Below, piece by piece: positions 12,890 through 22,700 of a DNA stretch of 64,000 nt (position 1 is the stretch's first letter; every line of letters starts with the position of its first letter). The stretch is taken from NCBI RefSeq assembly GCF_963921235.1, contig NC_086097.1:106518001-106582000 (forward strand). The letters run 5' to 3'. Position numbers and translations under genes: made by a program. A model generated the notes under the pieces. That model ran no database searches. It was not told where the DNA came from and saw nothing but the letters and a program-made list of their open reading frames with translations. This DNA comes from Mobula hypostoma. Lineage: Eukaryota.

Positions 12890-13672
12890 AAGTTGATCCA
12901 GGTAACTCTGGGCATCTGACGGAGAGTCGAAAAATGAGAAGACCTATCAGACAATCGGATCCTCAAACGTGCAGGATATAGCAGAACTGGTTTTAAATGC
13001 ATCTTGTAGAATTCCGCCATCACAGATCTGTAACAAACGTGAACCTGTTTTCTAAAATCCTCCACCAATCGAAAGCGGAGATCTGAAAAATCAAAACTGA
13101 GCAACTTTTCCTTGTCTTGAAAATAATGAAATCATATAATAACATGCTGAGGTTTGTCTGACTTAAGACTAATACGATGGGACTCTATGAGCCCTGTCCA
13201 ATAGTGGTGGTTGATCAGGAAACAAGGTGGGAAATGAATCTTTTAAGAGTTGAGAGAAAATCTTAATGGGCTCTTCAGATTCCACACCTTCTTTGAGTCC
13301 AATAATTCTCATATTCCGATGACGCATTCTACATTCTAAATCAGAATTTTTAAAGGTAAGGAATTCAAGTTGTTTCTTCATTGTACTAATTGTTTCTTCA
13401 ATTTTTCCCATTTTAAGTTCATTCTGTTGCGTATAAACTTGGAGCTTAGATATGGCAGTCTGATGTTCCGTTATAGTTGTTCTCAGCTTATCAATGATTC
13501 TCTCCAGTTTAGATGAAATCTCCGCACGGATCAAATCAGATACAGCTTGCATAGTTACCGTCGGTTCAACAACAGGAGCAGGGTCGGTAACTTCCGGTCT
13601 GACGGGAGGTTTGACATTTTTCCCGTTCTTAGACATACTGGACATTAAAAACATCCAAATATATAATGACAA
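12890..13672 (-). pseudogene. L1 ORF1 (coiled coil plus RRM/CTD), disrupted
   Basis: 'DLECRMRHRNMRIIGLKEGVE..LDRAHRV' and downstream 'LLYPARLRI' are L1 ORF1p-type motifs. Confidence 0.8.
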
Positions 13673-13904
13673 TCAACTGCGAGGTATTGTAAAGGTTGGT
13701 GCCTTAAAAGTTAGCTGAAATGTAGCTGATCATAGGATAAAGATCAGAGGTGGTGGAGCAGATCTAAAAGACGACCTCACACCATGAGCACCATCGGAAG
13801 TCCATCAACTCTCATCCCACCCCAGCACTGATGATCCTTACTCACATCCTCAGCACTTCCCTTCCAATGGAACACACTTTTTCACAATCATTCCTCAGTG
13901 GAAC

Positions 13905-14893
13905 ACAATCATTCCTCAGAAACTGATTGGAAAGCTGAGCCTACTGGGCATGAACACCTCCCTCTGCAACTGGATCCTAGACTTCCTGACTGGGAGACCT
14001 CAGTCAGTCCGGATTGGAAGCAGCATCTCCAACACCATCACACTGAGCATGGGGGCCTCCCAGGGCTGTGTGCTCAGTCCACTGTTGTTCACTCTGCTGC
14101 CCCACGACTGTGCTGCAACACACAGCTCGAACCACATCACCAAGTTTGCCGAGGACACGACCATGGTGGGTCTTATCAGCAAGAACAATGAGAGGAGGTG
14201 CTGCGGCTAATGGACTGGTGCAGAGCTAACAACCTGTCTCTGAATGTAAACAAAACAAAAGAGATGGTTGTTGACTTCAGGAGGACAGAGCGACCACTCT
14301 CCACTGAACATCGACGACTCCTCCAAAGAGATCGTTAAGAGCACCAAATTTCTTGGTGTTCACCTGGCGGAGAATCTCGCCTGGTCCCTCAACAACAACT
14401 CCATAGCAAAGAAAGCCCAGCAGCGTCTCTACTTTCTGCAAAGGCTGAGAAAAGTCCATCCCCCACTCCCCATCCTCACCACATTCAACAGAGGTTGTAT
14501 TGAGAGCATCCTGAGCAGCTGCATCACGGCCTGGTTCGGAAATTGCACCATCTCAGATCGCAAGACCCTGCAGCAGTTAGTGAGGTCAGCTGAGAAGATC
14601 ATCGGGTCTCTCTTCCTGCCATCACAGACATTTACACCACACGCTGCATCCGCAAAGCAAACAGCATTATGAAGAACCCCACACACCCCTCATATTTTTG
14701 CACTTTATGCAGTCCTGGATAGGTCTGTAGTCCAGTGTAGTTTTTGTGTTTTTCTTGCGTAGTTCAGTGTAGTTTTTGTATTGTTTCATGTAGCTAGCAC
14801 TATGGTTCTGGAAAACGTTGTCTCATTTTCACTATGTTCTGTACCAGCAGTTATGGTTGAAATGACAATACAAGTGACTAGACTTGACTTGAC
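13905..14893 (+). mobile_element. 5'-truncated Rex1/Babar-like LINE
   Basis: '[35 protein letters not shown]' and 'KKAQQRLYFL'; (GACTT)n tail at about 14876-14893. Confidence 0.85.
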
Positions 14894-15366
14894 TTTTTAG
14901 CCTCTTACCTACTTTTGACCTTTTAATCTCTAATTGCCAAAATACCTTTGACCATCTTGACTTCTCGTTCCATCCTAACCCACTCTGAAGGTGGAATACT
15001 GCCCCCACCCCCAGAAGAAGTAGGGCTCCATTCAGTACGGTCCTGGTTGATCTGTGCTGGATCAGCTCCGCTTCTGTCCCAGCTCCTCATAGTCTACAAT
15101 TCTTCAATCTTTCAAATAGTTCTCTATCTCCACCTTAAATACATCTAATGATCTGACCACCAAAATATACTGATGCAGAGAATTTCAGAGATTCACTACC
15201 TGCCGAGAGATGGAATTTCTAAACACTCAAACAAAATGCTGGAGGGACTCAGCAAGTCAAGCAGCATCTAGAAAGATGAGAAAACAGTTGACATAAGTTT
15301 CAGGCAACACACATCAAAGTTGCTGGTGAACGCAGCAGGCCAAGCAGCATCTGTAGGAAGAGGTGC

Positions 15367-15402
15367 AGTCGACGTTTCAGGCCGAGACCCTTCGTCAGGA
15401 CT
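15367..15402 (-). ncRNA. Minimal type-I hammerhead ribozyme in the PLE pLTR
   Basis: Minus strand reads AGUC CUGACGA AGG GUCUCGG CCU GAA ACGU C GACU: CUGANGA and GAAA core, GUC cleavage triplet, stem I AGUC/GACU, stem II AGG/CCU, palindromic ACGU replacing stem III. Confidence 0.8.
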
Positions 15403-15704
15403 AACTGAAGGAAGAGCGAGTAAGGGATTTGAAAGTTGGAGGGGCAGGGGGAGATCCAAAATAATAGGAGAAGACAGGAGGGGGAGGGATAGAGCCAAGA
15501 GCTGGACAGGTGATAGGCAAAAGGGGATACGAGCGGATCATGGGACAGGAGGTCCGGGAAGAAAGACAAGGTGGGGGGGGGCCCGAGGATGGGCAAGAGG
15601 TATATTCAGAGGGACAGAGGGACAGAGGGAGAAAAAGGAGAGTGAGAGAAAGAATGTGTGCATAAAAATGAGTAACAGATAGGGTACGAGGGGGAGGTGG
15701 GGCC

Positions 15705-17187
15705 TTAGCAGAAGTTAGAGAAGTCGATGTTCATGCCATCAGGTTGGAGGCTACCCAGACGGAATATAAGGTGTTGTTCCTCCAACCTGAGTGTGGCTTC
15801 ATCTTTACAGTAGAGGAGGCCGTGGATAGACATGTCAGAATGGGAATGGGATGTGGAATTAAAATGTGTGGCCACTGGGAGATCCTGCTTTCTCTGGCGG
15901 ACAGAGCGTAGATGTTCAGCAAAGCGGTCTCCCAGTCTGCGTCGGGTCTCACCAATATATAAAAGGCCACATCGGGAGCACCGGACGCAGTATATCACCC
16001 CAGCCGACTCACAGGTGAAGTGTTGCCTCACCTGGAAGGACTGTTTGGGGCCCTGAATGGTGGTAAGGGAGGAAGTGTAAGGGCATGTGTAGCACTTGTT
16101 CCGCTTACACGGATAAGTGCCAGGAGGGAGATCAGTGGGGAGGGATGGGGGGGGACGAATGGACAAGGGAGTTGTGTAGGGAGCGATTCCTGTGGAATGC
16201 AGAGAGAGGGGGGGAGGGAAAGATGTGCTTAGTGGTGGGATCCCGTTGGAGGTGGCAGAAGTTACGGAGAATAATATGTTGGACCCGGAGGCTGGTGGGG
16301 TGGTAGGTGAGGACCAGGGGAACCCTATTCCTAGTGGGGTGGCAGGAGGATGGAGTGAGAGCAGATGTACGTGAAATGGGGGAGATGCGTTTAAGAGCAG
16401 AGTTGATAGTGGAGGAAGGGAAGCCCCTTTCTTTAAAAAAGGAAGACATCTCCCTCGTCCTAGAATGAAAAGCCTCATCCTGAGAGCAGATGCGTCGGAG
16501 ACGGAGGAATTGCGAGAAGGGGATGGCGTTTTTGCAAGAGACAGGGTGAGAAGAGGAATAGTCCAGATAGCTGTGAGAGTCAGTAGGCTTATAGTAGACA
16601 TCAGTGGATAAGCTGTCTCCAGAGACAGAGACAGAAAGATCTAGAAAGAGGAGGGAGGTGTCGGAAATGGACCAGGTAAACTTGAGGGCACGGTGAAAGT
16701 TGGAGGCAAAGTTAATAAAGTCAACGAGTTCTGCATGCGTGTAGGAAGCAGCGCCAATGCAGTCGTCGATGTAGCGAAGGAAAAGTGGGGGACAGATACC
16801 AGAATAGGCACGGAACATAGATTGTTCCACAAACCCAACAAAAAGGAAGGCATAGCTAAGACCTATACGGGTGCCCATAGCTACACCCTTAGGTTGGAGG
16901 AAGTGGGAGGAGCCAAAGGAGAAATTATTAAGAGTAAGGACTAATTCCGCTAGACGGAGCAGAGTGGTGGTAGAGGGGAACTGATTAGGTCTGGAATCCA
17001 AAAAGAAGCGTAGAGCTTTGAGAACTTCTTGATGGGGGATGGAAGTATATAAGGACTGGACATCCATGGTGAAAATAAAGCGGTGGGGGCCAGGGAACTT
17101 AAAATCATCTAAAAGTTTAAGAGCGTGAGAAGTGTCACGAACATAGGTCAGAAGGGATTGAACAAGGGGTGATAAAACAGTGTCGGG
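15705..17187 (-). pseudogene. PLE RT-GIY-YIG ORF, N-terminally truncated, one frameshift
   Basis: ORF 16132..17193 (RT) switches to the frame of ORF 15705..16601 (endonuclease) at a C8 run (G8 at 16147-16154) where the other copy has C7. Confidence 0.9.
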
Positions 17188-18213
17188 TGACATAAGTTTC
17201 AGTCTAAAATGTTTACTGTTTATTTTTCTCCATAGAGGCTACCTAACATACTGAGTTTCTCCAGAAGTTTATAAATGTTGCTCTTAGATTTTCAGCATGT
17301 GCAGAATCTCTTGCGTTCATGATTCTACACACTGTATTTGAAATAAGCATCATTATCTTGTTGCTATGTCCCCTTGTTTATGATCAACCAGCTGGAGAAA
17401 ACATCTACCCTAAGGATCTTATATGTTTGAACAGGAACATACCCCGTTCTTTAAAACTCCAAGCAATGCAAACAGGAATGATTAGCTTCTCTTGATTGGG
17501 CAATCCTCTCTGGTGAATCTCCTTTAGACTGCCTACAATGTTATTATTTTTAGGTGAAAGTACCGAAACTGTGAGCAGTATTACAGGTGTGACTTCATCG
17601 ATACCAGAAAAAACCGTAGCAAACTTCCTTATTCTTAAACACCAGTCCCTTTGCAATAAAACTTAATATGTCCTTTGCCTTTTCAATTACATTTTGGGCC
17701 TGCCTCATAAGTTTTTCATAATTCATGCGCTAGAACACCTCAATCCTTCTAACAAAACTTATTTGCAAGTCTTCCAGCAGATTATCTTTTGCTCCCTATT
17801 TCAGCATCTGGAGTCTCTTGTGTCTTCACTCATTTATAGTCTTTGGCAGAGTAGACTTGATGGACTGAACGGCCTCATTCTGTTCCTATGTCTTTGTCTA
17901 TTTTAATAATGATCAAACTTTTGATTACTCTTACTGAAGTGCATGACTTCATATTTCCCCATATTAAACTCCATATTTGTCAGGTTTATGTCCAGTTCCT
18001 AAATCTATATAGTGATTCTGCAATAGGGTATGTCCTTTACACAAAATACCCTCTTTTCATATCATTGGCAAAATTGGAAAAATTACATTTCTTTCTCTCC
18101 TCCAGGTAATTAATGTAAATAGTGAATAGCTGAGGGCCAAGACAGCTCACTGGGTTTATCCACTAGTTACATTTCTCCAGCTTCTAAAGGACCAATTTAA
18201 TCCAATTCAATAT

Positions 18214-18567
18214 ACCCAAAATGCTGGAAGAACTCAATAGGTTGGGCAGCATCTGTGGAGAGGAATAAACAGTCGACTTTTCAGGTCGAGTCACTTCATC
18301 AAGATTGGAAAGGAAAGGGGAAGAAGCCAGAATAAGAAGGTAGAGAGAGGGGAAGTGGAAGGAGTACATGACGGCAGATGATAGTTGAAAACGGGTGAAG
18401 GGAAAGGTGGGTGATTGGGGGAGGGGGATAAAATGAGAAGCTAGGAGGTAAAAGGTGGAAGAGGTTGAAGAAAAAGGAATTTGATAGCAAAGGAGTGGAC
18501 CATAGGAGAAAGGGAATGAGGAGGGCCACCAGACAGAGGTGATAGGCGGGTGAGGAGAAGAGAAGGA
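18214..18567 (-). mobile_element. Older PLE pLTR fragment with degenerate hammerhead (18271-18306)
   Basis: Collinear with 15304-15560; the ribozyme region reads AAUC UUGAUGA AGUGACUCGACCU GAA AAGU C GACU on the minus strand. Confidence 0.7.
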
Positions 18568-18681
18568 ATAATGTTTTCAATTTTGTTAGCACATTTCCTC
18601 CATTATATATTGTGCTCTTAATTTATTCACTAACTTCTTCTGTGACTCCTTGTCAAATGTCTTTCAGAAATTTAAATACAC

Positions 18682-19769
18682 TGTCACGGTCTGGTCCATG
18701 AAGTCCTCATTCTGGTTAACGGGCCGGTCCATCGATCCTTATTCCAGGTTTTCCGGTTTTCCCTTGTTCTGTTGGGTGGCTAAATTGAAGCACATGATTC
18801 TCATTTTGGGCTAGCTACATAAATAGCTCCTAGGTTCAGCTTCGGTTGCTGGACTGTTCCCTTCCCTTCACCTTCCTCCTGAAGCCTTGCCTGCAACCTC
18901 GCCTGTATCGCTGTCAAGTTCTACTGCTGGAGCAAGACCGGAGCCTTGCTGTGTCTAGATAAGGAACTGTCGTTCGTTGTTTGAAACTGTCCCTGTGTCC
19001 ACGCTTTCGCTAGGTAGGTCCAGCCGTTTGCTGCTACCTTGTGTTGGGAACCGTCTTTGTGTCTATGCCTTCGCTAGGTAGGTCTGGCCATTTGCCGCTA
19101 CCTTGTGTTTGGAACTATCTCTGCATCCACGCCTTTGCTAGGTAGGTCCGGCCGTTTGCTGCTACCTTGTATTAAGAACCATCTTGTCATGTTCAGCATT
19201 CTGTGTATGAGTCCCAGCCCTACATCCTGTTCCCAAGGAGGGATCCTGGCTCTTTGTTCTGTGTATGAGTCCTGGCCCTACTTCCTGTTCCCAAGGAGGG
19301 ATCCCGGCTCTGTGTTCTGCGTTCCTGTCTCCCAACACCAAGGCTCTGTGTTCTGCGTTCTTGTCTCCCAAGACCAAGTCAAGGCTTCGGGGTCTCATCC
19401 TGCCCTTGTGCCTTGCCCAGCCCAGAAGTACTTCGTCTAGTCCAAGCCAAGGCTTTGTGTTCTCGTCCTGTGCGGGAGTTTCACGTCCAGTCCGGTAGCC
19501 ATGTCTTGTCCCCGCCTAGATCCGGAGTCCGAGCCTGAGTCAAGACCCAGGTTCTGAGTCCCTGTCCAGTCCCTGGCTCGGAGTCCTCGTCCATGTTCTG
19601 CTTTTCTCGTCTAGTCCTAGCCAGGTCCTGTATCCTAGTCTCGTCCAGGGCCTGTGTTTTGTCCAGCGTTATTTCTTCCCTTGCCTTCTCGACACACATA
19701 GTCCTGTTCCTAGCACTTCAGTGCCTGTGTCTTGCACTTGAGTCCGCCATCAACGTCCTTCATATGACA
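18682..19769 (+). mobile_element. Probable solo LTR (Gypsy-like), about 1.09 kb
   Basis: Begins TGTCA and ends TGACA (5-bp terminal inverted repeat); TATA-like TACATAAATAG near 18817; internal tandem repeats; possible 5-bp TSD TACAC (18677-18681) versus T|ACAT split by the CR1 at 19771. Orientation is tentative. Confidence 0.65.
18984..19310 (+). repeat. Tandem repeats within the LTR: about 3 x 63-bp unit, then about 2 x 58-bp unit
   Basis: CGCTAGGTAGGTC..GCCGTTTGCTGCTACCTTGTGTT recurs near 19008, 19072 and 19137; CTGTGTATGAGTCC..CCTGTTCCCAAGGAGGGATCC recurs at 19201 and 19259. Confidence 0.85.
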
Positions 19770-19770
19770 T

Positions 19771-22700
19771 CTGTCGTCATTGGAGACTCTATAGTCAGGG
19801 GAGCAGACAGGAGATTTTGTGGACGTGAGAAGGACACCTGCATGGTTTGTTGCCTCCCGGGTGCCAGGGTCCGGGTTGCCTCTGACCGGGTGCACGACAT
19901 CCTGGTACGAAAGAGAAAGCAGCCAGAAGTCGTGATACATGTTGGTACCAACGACGTAGGCAGGAAGAGGGATGAGATCCTGAAGTGTGAGTTTCGGGAA
20001 CTAGGCAGAAGGCTAAAGAACAGGACCTCAAGGGTAGCGTTCTCAAGATTGCTGCCAGTGCCAAGTGACAGTGATGGTAAGAATTGGAGAAGATGGCAGT
20101 TGAAAGCGTGGCTGAAGAGTTGGTGCAAGGAGCAGGGTTTTAGATTTTTGGATTATTGGGATCTTTTCTGGGGAAGGTGGGACGTGTACAGATTGGATGG
20201 GTTGCACCTGAACTCAAGGGGGAGCAATATCCTTGCAGGTAGGTTTGCTAGCATGGTTCAGGAGGGTTTAAAATAATTTGCAAGGAGGATGGGATCCGAA
20301 GCGATAGAGCAGTGAAAGAAGTGCATGTAGTAAAGCCAGATCTGACATATAGAGAGGCCTTGAGGAAAGAGAAGCAGAATAAAGGGTGTAAAGGTAGTAA
20401 GGTAGAAGGGCTAAAGAGTGTGTACCTCAATGCAAGAAGCATCAGGAACAAAGGTGATGAACTGAGAGCTTGGATACATACATGGAATTATGATGTAGTG
20501 GCCATTACAGAGACTTGGCTGGCACCAGGGCAGGAATGGATTCTCAATATTCCTGGATTTCAGTGCTTTAAAAGGGATAGAGGGGGGGACAAAGGGGAGG
20601 AGGGGTGGCATTACTGGTCAGGGATACTATTACAGCTACAGAAAGGGTGGGTAATGTAGCAGGATCCTCTTTTGAATCAGTATGGGTGGAAGTCAGGAAC
20701 AGGAAGGGAGCAGTTACTCTATTGGGGGTATTCTATAGGCCCCCTGGTAGCAGCAGAGATACAGAGGAGCAGATTGGGAGGCAGATTTTGGAAAGGTGCA
20801 AACATAACAGGGTTGTTATCATGGGTGACTTTAACTTCCCTAATATTGATTGGCACCTGATTAGTTCCAAGGGTTTAGGTGGGGCAGAGTTTGTTAAGTG
20901 TGTCCAGGAGGGATTCCTGTCACAGTATGTTGACAGGCCGATGAGGGGGAATGCCATACTAGATCTAGTACTAGGTAATAAACCGGGTCAGGTCACAGAT
21001 CTCTCAGTGGGTGAGCATCTGGGGGACAGTGACCACCGCTCCCTGGCCTTTAGCATTATCACGGAAAAGGACAGAATCAGACAGGACAGGAAAATTTTTA
21101 ATTGGGGAAGGGCAAATTATGAGGCTATAAGGCTAGAGCTTGCGGGTGTGAATTGGGATGATGTTTTTGCAGGGAAATGTACAATGGACATGTGGTCGAT
21201 GTTTAGAGATCTCTTGCAGGATGTTAGGGATAAATTTGTCCCGGTGAGGAAGATAAGGAATGGTAGGGCGAAGGAACCATGGGTGACAAGTGAGGTGGAA
21301 AATCTAGTCAGGTGGAAGAATGCAGCATACATGAGGTTTAGGAAGCAAGGATCAGATGGGTCTATTGAGGAATATAGGGAAGCAAGAAAGGAGCTTAAGA
21401 AGGGGCTGAGAAGAGCAAGAAGGGGGCATGAGAAGGCCTTGGTAAGCAGGGTAAAGGAAATCTCCAAGGCATTCTTCAATTATGTGAAGAACAAAAGGAT
21501 GACAGGAGTGAAGGTAGGACCAATTAGAGATAAAGGTGGAAAGATGTGCCTGGAGGCTGTGGAAGTGAGTGAGGTCCTCAATGAATACTTCTCTTCGGTA
21601 TTCACCAATTAGAGGAAATTTGATGACAGTGAGGACAATATGAGTGAGGTTGATGTTCTGGAGCATGTTGATATTAAGGGAGAGGAGGTGTTGGAGTTGT
21701 TAAAATACATTAGGACGGTTAAGTCCCCGGGGCCTGACGGAATATTCCCCAGGCTGCTCCACGAGGTGAGGGAAGAGATTGCTGAGCCTCTGGCTAGGAT
21801 CTTTATGTCCTCGTTGTCCACGGGAATGGTACCGGAGGATTGGAGGGAGGAAAATGTTGTCCCCTTGTTCAAAAAAGGTAGTAAGGATAGTCCGGGTAAT
21901 TATAGACCAGTGAGCCTTGTGTCTGTGGTGGGAAAGCTGTTGGAAAAGATTCTTAGAGATAGGATCTATGGGCATTTAGAGAATCATGGTCTGATCAGGG
22001 ACAGTCAGCATGGCTTTGTGAAGGGCAGATCGTGTCTAACAAGCCTGATAGAGTTCTTTGAGGAGGTGACCAGGCATATAGATGAGGGTATTGCAGTGGA
22101 TGTGATCTACATGGATTTTAGTAAGGCATTTGACAAGGTTCCACACGGTAGGCTTATTCAGAAAGTCAGAAGGCATGGGATCCAGGGAAGTTTGGCCAGT
22201 TGGATTCAGAATTGGCTTGCCTGCAGAAGGTAGAGGGTCATGGTGGAGGGAGTACGTTCAGATTGGAGGGTTGTGACTGGTGGTGTCCCACAAGGATCTG
22301 TTCTGGGACCTCTTCTTTTCGTGATTTTTATTAATGACCTGGATGTGGGGGTAGAAGGGTGGGTTGGCAGCTTGCAGACAACACAAAGATTGGTGGTGTT
22401 GTATATAGTGTAGAGGATTGTCGAAGATTGCAGAGAGACATTGACAGGATGCAGAAGTGGGCTGAGAAGTGGCAGATGGAGTTCAACCCGGAGAAGTATG
22501 AGGTGGTACACTTTGGAAGGAGAAGCTCCAAGGCAGAGTACAAAGTAAATGGCAGGATACTTGGTAGTGTGGAGGAGCAGAGGGATCTGGGGATACATTG
22601 AAGGGATTGAAGGCAGATAAATCCCCAGGGCCAGATGGTCTGAAGGAAGTAGCCCAAGAAATAGTGGATGCATTAGTGATAATTTTTCAAAACTCGTTAG

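Larger units (their letters stand above)
8153..13802 (-). mobile_element. Full-length, decayed LINE-1 (about 5.65 kb)
   Basis: TSD CATCAACTCTC at 8142-8152 and 13803-13813; 5' end GACTTCCGATGG; AATAAA plus A-rich 3' end at about 8157-8174; ORF1 and APE-RT ORF2 remnants in the expected order. Confidence 0.9.
15304..17187 (-). mobile_element. Young 5'-truncated Penelope-like element (RT + GIY-YIG + pLTR)
   Basis: 15-bp TSD TGACATAAGTTTCAG at 15289-15303 and 17188-17202; RT motifs 'DVQSLYTSI', 'GVAMG' and 'RYIDD'; GIY-YIG 'GVIYCVRCSRCGLLYIGET' preceded by a CxxxxCxxC linker. Confidence 0.95.
15223..17317. mobile_element. Old fold-back PLE mini-element split by a younger PLE (arms 15223-15303 and 17188-17317)
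   Basis: Left arm CAAAATGCTGGAGGGACTCAGCAAGTCAAGCAGCATCTA.. and right arm ..TAGAGGCTACCTAACATACTGAGTTTCTCCAGAAGTTT.. are degenerate reverse complements; right arm carries the tail. Confidence 0.65.
15010..18681 (-). mobile_element. Fragmented old CR1 that hosts later insertions
   Basis: Decayed CR1 3' sequence in pieces at about 15010-15220, 17340-17700, 17930-18180 and 18600-18681; resumes after 24815. Confidence 0.5.

Noticed and set aside
12517..13104. 195-aa ORF with a hydrophobic, membrane-like C-terminus
   Set aside because: End of L1 ORF1 reading into the T-rich inter-ORF spacer; the Phe/Leu richness comes from poly-T runs.
15320..15682. Recurrent ORFs 'MLVNAAGQAAS..' and 'MLPGLLRSPAT..' (also 33872..34081, 34051..34413, 56181..56561, 60965..61261)
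   Set aside because: Incidental translations of the non-coding PLE terminal repeat; lengths and frames vary between copies.
18984..19310. Regularly spaced repeats superficially like a CRISPR array
   Set aside because: Whole units are repeated with no unique spacers, there are no cas genes, and the context is a vertebrate LTR.
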